DNA of 64,000 nucleotides from Massalongia carnosa (Eukaryota): NCBI GenBank assembly GCA_965645245.1, contig OZ287079.1, positions 1,488,001 to 1,552,000 of the forward strand, read 5' to 3'. Shown piece by piece: positions 55,496 to 64,000 of this stretch (position 1 is its first letter; each line of letters starts with the position of its first letter). The notes under the pieces were generated by a model. It saw only the letters and a program-made list of their open reading frames with translations, ran no database searches and was not told where the DNA came from. The position numbers and the translations under genes were made by a program.

Positions 55496-56950
55496 ATGAC
55501 CTTCGCCTGTAAAAACGCACTCAGGCTGCTCGCCGTGAGCTGGCTGGGACTCGTGGCCGCGCTTCCCGAGCCTACCGCACATCTCAACCCAGCCGACTTC
55601 CACCCGGGAGACATCATCGAGCGCGACGTCCTCGTCATCGGCGGCGGGTCCACAGGCACCTACTCCGCCATCCGCTTGCGCGACCTAAACCAAAGCGTCG
55701 TGGTGGTGGAAACGAAAAACGTCCTGGGCGGACACACGGAAACGTACACCGACCCGGCCACGAACGCTACCATCGACATCGGCGTCATCGTCTTCCATAA
55801 TCTGGACCTAGTCAAAAGGTACTTTGCCCGCTTCGACGTACCGCTGGAAGCCTTGAACTTTTTCGACTCCTCCGGAGTGAGCAAGTACGCCGACTTCCGC
55901 ACCGGGGACATCGTGCCCGGCTTCACTCCCCCTGACTTTACCCAAGCCCTCGGAGTCTACGCCGCCCAGCTAGCCAAATACCCCTACCTAGAATCCGGCT
56001 TCAACCTTCCGGACCCGGTCCCGGCCGACCTGCTCCTGTCCGTCGGTGAATTTGCGACGAAATACCACCTCGAGAACTTGGTGTACTTCCTCGACATCTT
56101 TTCCCAGGGCTTCGGCGACCTACTCCACCAGCCGATTCTCTACGTCTTCCGAAACCTCAGCCCCGACGTGCTGCGCAATATTGCGACCGGCTTCCTCAGC
56201 ACCGCACGCCACAACAACCACGAGCTGTACGACAAAGCGCGCGTGGAACTCGGCGCCGACGCCCTCCTCGGCAGTCACGTGGTGGCCATCGACCGCGACC
56301 CGGCCGGCCCGCACGCCAAGATTCTCGTCGCCACCCGGACCGGCACGAAACTCGTGCTGGCCAAGAAAATCCTCATCACCATCCCGCCCACGCTGCAGAA
56401 CCTGCAACACTTCGACCTCGACGCCACCGAGCGCCGGCTGTTCGAGCAGTTCCGCTCCAACTCCTACTACACCGCCGTCGTGCGCAACGCGGGCATCCCC
56501 CCCAATTATACCGTCGGCAACGCCGCCCTCGACACCCCCAACCACATCCCCCACTTCCCGGGCATCTACTCCCTCGACCGCACCGGCGTGCCCAACCTTG
56601 TCAATGTCAAGTACGGCTCCGCCACCCACATCGCGCCGGACATCGTCAAAGCCGACATCCTGGCCAGCATCCGCCGTTTGCGCGCCGCCGGAGTCTTCGA
56701 CGGCCCCAACACCACCGCTCCTTCCTCTTCGGCCAACGCGCCGGACCCCGAAATCGCCATCTTCTCCGACCACTCGCCCTTCGAGCTGCACGTATCGGCC
56801 GAGGCCATCGCCAGCGGGTTTTACAAGCAGCTGTATGCGCTGCAGGGCTGCCGCCGCTTCTGGTGGACGGGTGCGGCGTGGAGCACGGAGGATTCGTCGG
56901 TGCTGTGGGAGTTCACTGAAGGGGTTTTGGCGAAGTTGGTGAAAGCGTGA
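55496..56950 (+). CDS. Secreted FAD-dependent oxidoreductase (flavin amine oxidase/CpaO-like)
   Basis: Intronless 484-aa ORF with signal peptide, Rossmann motif DVLVIGGGSTG...VVVE...LGGH and C-terminal LQGCRRFWWTGAAW. Confidence 0.9.
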   Translation: MTFACKNALRLLAVSWLGLVAALPEPTAHLNPADFHPGDIIERDVLVIGGGSTGTYSAIRLRDLNQSVVVVETKNVLGGHTETYTDPATNATIDIGVIVFHNLDLVKRYFARFDVPLEALNFFDSSGVSKYADFRTGDIVPGFTPPDFTQALGVYAAQLAKYPYLESGFNLPDPVPADLLLSVGEFATKYHLENLVYFLDIFSQGFGDLLHQPILYVFRNLSPDVLRNIATGFLSTARHNNHELYDKARVELGADALLGSHVVAIDRDPAGPHAKILVATRTGTKLVLAKKILITIPPTLQNLQHFDLDATERRLFEQFRSNSYYTAVVRNAGIPPNYTVGNAALDTPNHIPHFPGIYSLDRTGVPNLVNVKYGSATHIAPDIVKADILASIRRLRAAGVFDGPNTTAPSSSANAPDPEIAIFSDHSPFELHVSAEAIASGFYKQLYALQGCRRFWWTGAAWSTEDSSVLWEFTEGVLAKLVKA

Positions 56951-59562
56951 GGGAGGGAGGATATGCCCGGGGGAAGGGGGAAGGGAAAGGGAGAAGGGGG
57001 AAGGGGGAAGGTGGAGGGGGGGGTGTAAATGTACCCGGAGAGGGTTAGATATAATAAAAAACTGCATAATGAGGGGTCCTGTAGGCTGTATATTGTTTCC
57101 GGATCGCCGAACCAAACATCCTTACACCTGTATCCTACTCTTAATCTCCGTACTCTTCTATTGCCTCATTCATCTCTGAGAATCGACTGACCGATTACCA
57201 CCATAACCGGCAATGCCCGCCCAGCAGGATCGAAGGGGGGGGAATATAAAGGAAAAAAAGGAGAAATACGTAAGAGAGCCCCGAAGATGGAAAATCGTTT
57301 TACAGAGAGGGACGGATGGACGAGCGGGTCATGATGAATAATTACCTCGGGAAATCAATCGTAAAGCTGGTCTTGCTTGCTTTCTTCATTTCTTTCTTCA
57401 TTTTCAACTCACAACCGAAAACAAAAAACATATATTAAATAAACAGAAATAGGTACTGTGTATTCAAAAACCCCAACGTATTATTTCCCATACGCAGTTC
57501 CCGAAACGCATTCAGGGATTCCGTACGTCGCATGGCGTCATCATGCACTCGGTTCTTCACATTTGCCTTGAGCGTTTCCGTACACAGTAGACATGTGCAT
57601 CTTAGCGAGATCATTTCCATCGATAGATTAGTCAGAGATTTTCTTTCTTATTCCGGTTATCGATAGAGAAAGCGGCGGTAGGTAAGCAAGAACTTGGTGC
57701 CGATGGATGGAAGTGGTGTTCCCGATTGTCGATCTGCTGCACGTTCCTGACGTGCCTTTTCCAACTCTGTTCTCTAGTATTTCACCACCCCTTCGGCTCT
57801 ATTTTACTCGGCTCATAAGGTCCTCTACACAAGAACACAGGCGGCCGTGTTTATCGATGGTTATTTCGTACTCTTCTGTTAGAGTCATAATCATTTTCAA
57901 CTCGGCTTCTGCATCCTGTTTCATCCATGCTCTTAACTGCTCCAGGGTCTGAATCATAACAGGTTTCTCCAAACTCAGTTTGGGGTCATTCTATTCCGTC
58001 ATTTCCGGAAGATAGATTTCCTATATCTATCTGGTCGTTCTGGGTCCTTACCACGGCCGTATGCCATGATGTGGATTTTCTTTTTTTGATTAGGTGATGG
58101 ATTCCTTTTATATCTTCCACGATGGATAGCAAAACAAGGAGATCTTTGATAATATGTAACGGATCAGCCAAGATGTTATGGTCTAACTATCCATTGGGAT
58201 GAAAAATAGCAAGAATAAAGAAGGAAATCGCTGAAGATATGCATCACTATTAAGCCGAATGTGGTTAGTCATGACACTATTATTAATAAGATTGACGAGA
58301 TCGAATTGTGACAGAGATCCCATTTACATATCGTCTCCCTCACGCCAGAATCATAGGCCCTAGGCCCTAGGCCCTATTAGCCCATGAAAGTGGGCATAAC
58401 GAATATTTCATACTTAAACATCTAGATTCGTTTTCTTTGGACGCCGAATAATTTATACATCTCCCACACTTCGTTCTTGACCGAGTGATAGGCCCTCGGA
58501 GAAGACCGCGGAAGATGATGACTGAAGAGTTAAACAGGAAGAGGAGCAAAATGACAAATATGTTGTCTTTTGATACTCTTCTTCTTATCATCATCTTTAA
58601 TCTCGGAGCTCAGCACCAAAATATATTTCCCTGCCCACCCACTCCCTAAATCAGCCTCTTAAATAGTTAAAGTTTTCCCCCCCTACTACTGCCAAAATAA
58701 AGCCGCTAAAGAATCCCACCATATATTTGGATGTTATGGATCAGATTTACTTAAGAAGCGTATCATTGAGGGGGCCAATCCCGTTTACTTCGTCCAAACT
58801 ATTACCTTACTTTATTTACTTCAAACTTCCACGCTATGATCGTGAATAGAAGTATCACAACAGGAACAAGGCGTCTTCGTGAATCTTGTATTGAGATTTC
58901 TGATATTCGTAGAAATTTTGAGGAAGAATCAGATCTGCGCCTGCAAAATAAAGCGAGCTCCTCTCTAACTACTCTGTCCTGCCACACTGGGCGTCACATC
59001 TCGGGCTATCCCAGAGTACCTTGCCTCGACCTCATACGACACAACCTGGCGGCTCTGCGACATTAAGATCATGACGGGAGCTACTCCCACGAACCGAAAT
59101 ATTAGCCTTTTAGTCTTTTGTTTCAACCTATGCTCGGCGTGAAGATTGAATAAGTGAGAGAAGGATTCCTTTCAAAAATACTCCTACCGCCTATTGCCTT
59201 CATACTAGTCAATAAAGAATATTCCTCAAAGCTAAAATAGGGGACATGAACAAGAAATATGAAGACTAACAATATTGAAGGATTTGAGCAGAACTTGCTC
59301 TTCCACTTAAATTGCTCGAATATGACACAGCAATCTCTCAAGATCTACTTCAGAAAGTTGCTAGAGGAACAACTTTCTTGAAAAAACAAAAGGATACTAT
59401 GTACTTTAATTAGTATTGATTAGACAGGTAGAGCCATACCTGTTTAAAGTTCAGTGCCTTGAAGAAATGATGAACCTCGTCTCACGGGGTTTGACAGAGC
59501 TCATAGCTCTAACCGTCCTTTAAAGTCACCAACCTCCAAATTGACTAAAACCGCCAGGCCTA

Positions 59563-60248
59563 TCAATGGCCTGATATCCCCTCTTCATTTTTCCTCCCAG
59601 CCAGGTATCCACGCCCCCCATCTCTTTCATGCGTACAGCCTACCTCGACGGGCAAACCTCTCCTGGACATTGACAAGCTTATGATGGCATTATTAAATGT
59701 TTTATCAGATTTATGTTGATCCGTAAGGCGTATCTTTTTCAGCTTCTTCCCCCAGGCTGATTTCCCTCGCAATTCATCAAGCGCAAGGCCTTCAAGGCTT
59801 CCTGAACTTTGTCATTGCCAGTAACGGCAAGATAACGGATCATTGGGCAATTTCTGAAGAAAGCAATCAAGGACATGTCGGTTAGATTTTTCGAGCCATC
59901 GAGCCCTACTTGGATGAGGTTGGGGCATGCTGCTGTCAAGTGGCCGATAGCGGCATCAGTGATTTGATTGCCCTTCCCAGTCTCGCTGTCTCCTGAACGA
60001 AAGTCCTGTAGCGAGTGGCAGAATGCTGAACCAGCTACTATCATGGCATATAGATGTGTACTATGCCAAAGAGAACTGTCAGCTTATGTTAACATAGTCG
60101 GCGCAAGGCAAACATACTCTTTGATATCAAACGATTCGCCGAAGGAGACTTTCTTGATACCCTCAACCAAGCGCGAAGGATTCCCATTCGTCAATAGTGC
60201 TAAAGGACAAGCTCACTGATGGAAGAAACGGGACCGGTGTGTATGGCA
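59563..60248 (-). pseudogene. Cys-containing LRR (AMN1/F-box-LRR-like) small protein, frameshifted
   Basis: ITDAAIGHLTAACPNLIQVGLDGSKNLTDMSLIAFFRNCPMIRYL, then a 1-nt frameshift near 59803 into GSLEGLALDELRG...LKKIRLTDQ. 5' exons are uncertain. Confidence 0.6.
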
Positions 60249-60739
60249 TGATATTTTTTGTACGAGTCGTGCATGACCTCTTGGAGCAGTGACGAGCGGA
60301 TGAGTCTCTTCCCAAATTCCCTCTTGAACTAGGGCCATTTCGACTTATTCTCTCTACGCCGTAGACAGTTGTTGTTCTCGAGCCTTTTCCTCGTATCATT
60401 TCTACTATCGATAGATCCGATCTTCGTCTCAAGATTTCGTCGCACGACAAAGCTCACGCAAATTCTGAGAAAAGAATTGAAGAAAAGACAAAAACTGTGA
60501 TCTTAACACGCGCTAACTAGAGATTGTTGTGTTATCCCGAAGACGACACGTGTCTTGGGATAGGAATAACTTAATAACTAACCGATTCAGGAGGTGAATA
60601 ATTCATGTATGTTCATCAAGTGAATATTTCAAAAATTATTTAACGAAAAGAAAATGAAACAAGAATAAAAGCAAAAATAACAATTATTGTATAATGAATA
60701 TATAGTGCAGGACCCCTATGTTCGGAAATAAGCAATTTG

Positions 60740-60805
60740 AACGGGGTCTTATATCCGGGAGGGTCTTACCCAAAAGCAGGGTCTTATTTGCCAGATAATA
60801 CGGTA
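60740..60805. mobile_element. Orphan end of a second pogo-like element
   Basis: GGGTCTTATTTGCCAGATAATACGG|TA is the reverse complement of a TIR similar to that at 40122. It is preceded by two more GGGTCTTA subterminal repeats. No partner TIR found. Confidence 0.6.
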
Positions 60806-61602
60806 TGTATGGAGTACGTCGAAGGGGATTTTAGTGACTTGGTGGGGGGAACTACCTAGCTAATAAGCCATTTTATTATGTGGAGTAATGGTAAGTTAGG
60901 TTAGGTAGATGGATAGCTAGTTATGTAGCTAATCAGAAGGCACGTCACCCTCCCCCCCTTCTTGGTCTACCTAATCCTCATGTCATCAAAATCGATATCG
61001 GTCGCAAACCTAGTCCCTCGGTAAAATGTTGAGTGGATGGGTGAAAGAGCCTCCACCAGCGACGTAGCCCCAAAGAGGGAAGAAATGAACGTGGTAAAGG
61101 AAGGCTGGAAAAAGTGAGCACCTAGCAGAGCAGCAACAAGGTGAAGCTCATACTCATCCAGTTGCAACCGGGGTCATGCTGCCGATGCGATGATGGGCGG
61201 TCGTTATATCATTCCGGGGTACAAAGAAAACGGGGTATATGGGTATATGAGTGCGGGTTTGATGAACGAGATACAACAGAAGCTGCCGGCTGTATTTGGT
61301 TCCGAGGTTGAATTATTTTTGGATTTATACATTATATAATACATATTGAAGCGATTAGTGATTATTTTAATGCGCAAGGGATAAAGATTAAAGATGGGAT
61401 AGGCATCAAGCCACCCCCTTCTCTACGGTCACGCCATACAAATATGAAAATTTAGAATATTCATCACAACACATATAAGTAAAATAGCCACAACTTTCAA
61501 AACTAGCGACGAGAAATTGCCGTAAACAGAAATGTAAGAAACATCGCTGTGAATACGGGAAAATTTTTTTAAGATAACTAGTAGAGGGAGGTTAACATTT
61601 CT

Positions 61603-62814
61603 TCAGATTGACAATGGAAGAGCATGAACCGGTTCAACCTTCTCAATCGTCATCTTCTCGAAACCGTCTCGGAGCGCCTTGACCGAGACACCAAAGGATT
61701 TCCGCCACCGACGACTTCGCGGCCAAGACACTGGCCTACCGGAAGCTTGATTTGCTTCGGGCATCCCCGGGGGCCCGTAATCCTTACCTGCTAGGATTTT
61801 GCTCTGATCTGCCCGCAGCTTCTTTGTGGAGGATGAAAGTGATGTGAGACTTTGCGCTGGTCTTCGTAATATTTGATGAATACCCGAAAGGCTGAGAACC
61901 ACAGGCAGGGTATTGGATTTTTCATGAATAGGGGAAGAATTGGTGACTTTGGACGATTGTGTAAGGTCCTGTGAAGAAACATCGTCGTTATCATGCATCA
62001 TGAGCTCGGCGACTCGTTGCTTTTTAAGAGAAAGAAAGTCGGAAAAGCGGACGCTAGATAAGCGCTTGCGTTTGCTGAGCATGAGGGACGAATTGCTATT
62101 CATGCTTCCACCGACAACTTCATGCTGGTACCCTTGAGGAGACGAGTCCATCATTTCATTAAAGTCGGCATGCATATGTGAAGAGGATTTCATAGATGTG
62201 TTAGGTTGATCACCTGTTTTTTTGGTGTCGATAGCCATCGGATTATCGAACTCATCGCTAGGCTCTACTAATGTAGCGGCACCAGGGCTTGATGAAGAAT
62301 CTGTTTTTGCCGGGTCGCAATGCGCGTTTTCCACCTCAAGTAACTCCTCTTCTTGTTTGTTTCCATGTGAAGGCGCTCCCAGACCGATGATCAATGTCAG
62401 ATCGTCTAACTTCTGTTCAAGCTCGAGTATTCGTGCTCGATGTCTTTCTTTCTCCTGCTCAAGCTCGAGTGTTCGTGCTCGATGTCTTTCTTTCTCCTGT
62501 TCAAGCTGACTTTGCACCTCAATAATTTGGATTCGGAATTGCTCTTCGAGTAGCTGAATATCTTGTGGCCAAAAGTCCAGTGAGTGATCCTCGCCGCGGG
62601 GAGTTTTATGATCGAGGAATGAAGTGTCAAAAGGGTGAACTTCTTGCCGAGGAGATCCAAGTACTCTACTAGTACCTTCTGGCTCCGTGCCGGCCTTAAC
62701 CATGGGTGGCTGAGTAAAGGTAGTCGAATCGAAGGTGCCCATGTTAGAGAACCGCTGGAGGACTTCAAAAAAGCTTAAAATATCTCCTCTAAAAGATTGG
62801 GGATGTATTAGCAA
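61603..62814 (-). CDS. Hypothetical coiled-coil protein (last exon; may be joined to the helical N-terminal ORF at ~63062-63298)
   Basis: 403-codon open frame with a coiled-coil segment and no recognised family. 5' structure unresolved. Confidence 0.5.
   Translation of the reverse strand: MLIHPQSFRGDILSFFEVLQRFSNMGTFDSTTFTQPPMVKAGTEPEGTSRVLGSPRQEVHPFDTSFLDHKTPRGEDHSLDFWPQDIQLLEEQFRIQIIEVQSQLEQEKERHRARTLELEQEKERHRARILELEQKLDDLTLIIGLGAPSHGNKQEEELLEVENAHCDPAKTDSSSSPGAATLVEPSDEFDNPMAIDTKKTGDQPNTSMKSSSHMHADFNEMMDSSPQGYQHEVVGGSMNSNSSLMLSKRKRLSSVRFSDFLSLKKQRVAELMMHDNDDVSSQDLTQSSKVTNSSPIHEKSNTLPVVLSLSGIHQILRRPAQSLTSLSSSTKKLRADQSKILAGKDYGPPGMPEANQASGRPVSWPRSRRWRKSFGVSVKALRDGFEKMTIEKVEPVHALPLSI
62416..62507. 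repeat. 42-bp coding tandem duplication (LEQEKERHRAR[T/I]LE x2)
   Basis: Two near-identical 42-nt units plus a partial third, in frame. Confidence 0.9.
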
Positions 62815-64000
62815 TGCTTGAACAAAATTGGATGCATTGTCGCTTACTTATCTCCAAGGGAGATATTGTTGATCGGAGGCGAGAGGAGGGTAAGTTGTAA
62901 GTAAGGCAACTCGGACGACTCAAGCTGATAGCCACTCCGAAAGCTTGTAGGGTTAAAAGTGTTACCTAAGAACTCGAGTTGTTCACGGATCACCGGCGAC
63001 ACATGGTAAATTGCCAAAATGTCAGACTGCTACTTAAATGCTTAATTGCCTGTGTCCTCTGTCATTGTCGCGATTGACTCACTGGAAAAGAAAGTCTTTC
63101 CAGTTCGCTTGCAAACGAGTTGGATGCCTTGAGAACAAGACCTAGGCTAGAGGCTAGGGTGGATAGCTGTCTGGAAAACAATTTCTTGTCCCGTGGCGCA
63201 TCTAAGAAATCATTTAGTGTCTCAAAGACTTGGCGAAAAAGGTAGTTAGCCTTGCTGCTGAGCTGGCGAAGGCTTTCGAGCACGACATAGGGTGCCATAA
63301 TTTGCTCCTGCCAAGCGGAGTTTATGCTGCAGTGCCGTGGGTTACGGAGCAGCATCAGACATGACGCTAAGCGTTGGCAAAGCCGCTATCAAACCCTTAG
63401 CAGAGGCAGGACAATACCCTGCACTATCATCGAATCATACCTCAAAGATTTCTACATAACTTGTGTTATCGGAAATTGGCGAGTTAGGGTAGAGCATGTC
63501 AAGTATCTTGTCAGAAAACTGCGAGCAATCGTCAGAGATTGCCATATTCGCATACAGGCCTCGCAGGTCCAAGGAGTAGAAGTGCTCTATTTGCAATCTT
63601 CTGGGCGCCGACACTCCATTTTTCTCTTCCATGACAATATGTGTCTGGGTTTGGATATCAACCGGAGACGTCTCCGTTAGAACAGATTCAAGTGACTTGC
63701 CTGGGCCAGCGATGAGCGCTGCCGTGGCTTGAAATAATGATTCTAGAACATCAGCAACGTCTCAATATTGGGGATTCACTTCATCACCTACGATTGTCGA
63801 CAAGATCTGGCGTTTTGATCAAGCCTCTGCAATATTTCAATTTGCCCTTACACGACTGGCACGAAGTTTGGCCTTCGTCCGTAATACACTATGGAGACGA
63901 TCAGCATTGTCAGCACCCCAGGAGCTCGTCGATATACCTTGCGGTTGCATCGAAAGCATGAGATACAACTCCTCTTAGTATTCTCTTTTGCTGATTTTTG

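Noticed and set aside
55496..56950. Secondary-metabolite cluster around the CpaO-like oxidoreductase
   Set aside because: No PKS, NRPS, terpene synthase or prenyltransferase gene in the window.
56046..57115. Long overlapping ORFs (298 aa plus strand, 331 aa minus strand) over the FAD oxidoreductase
   Set aside because: Shadow frames caused by high GC3 codon bias; no recognisable domains.

Overview
Eukaryotic DNA from a filamentous ascomycete (Pezizomycotina), judged by short GT-AG introns with CTRAC/CTAAC branch sites and fungal gene content. The left ~35 kb is mostly core genes: a CCCH zinc-finger protein, a KH-domain RNA-binding protein, a TPP-dependent enzyme, a group III G-alpha, HOG1 MAPK, AVL9, a mitochondrial K+/H+-exchange-related protein, an SRF1-like protein and cullin-1. 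Pseudogenes of an Ada-like alkyltransferase, a flavin reductase and a cupin interrupt this block. After a long (GTT)n tract at ~35.6-36.0 kb the region becomes accessory. It holds a composite element with a 9-bp target duplication, a DD38E Tc1-like transposon, a Na+/Ca2+ exchanger, a pogo-like transposon, a ferroportin pseudogene, a MITE, an ankyrin protein, a secreted FAD oxidoreductase and decayed ORFs. The top candidate for a novel system is an intact 3-exon gene (48598-52260, minus) for a ~1186-aa secreted modular protein. After Kex2-type KR sites it ends in a ~220-aa domain that aligns by eye with CD38/ADP-ribosyl-cyclase NADases, catalytic Glu included. It sits head-to-head with a small, possibly myristoylated ankyrin gene, suggesting a fungal polymorphic-toxin/immunity pair. 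All assignments come from manual reading and remembered family motifs; no searches were run.
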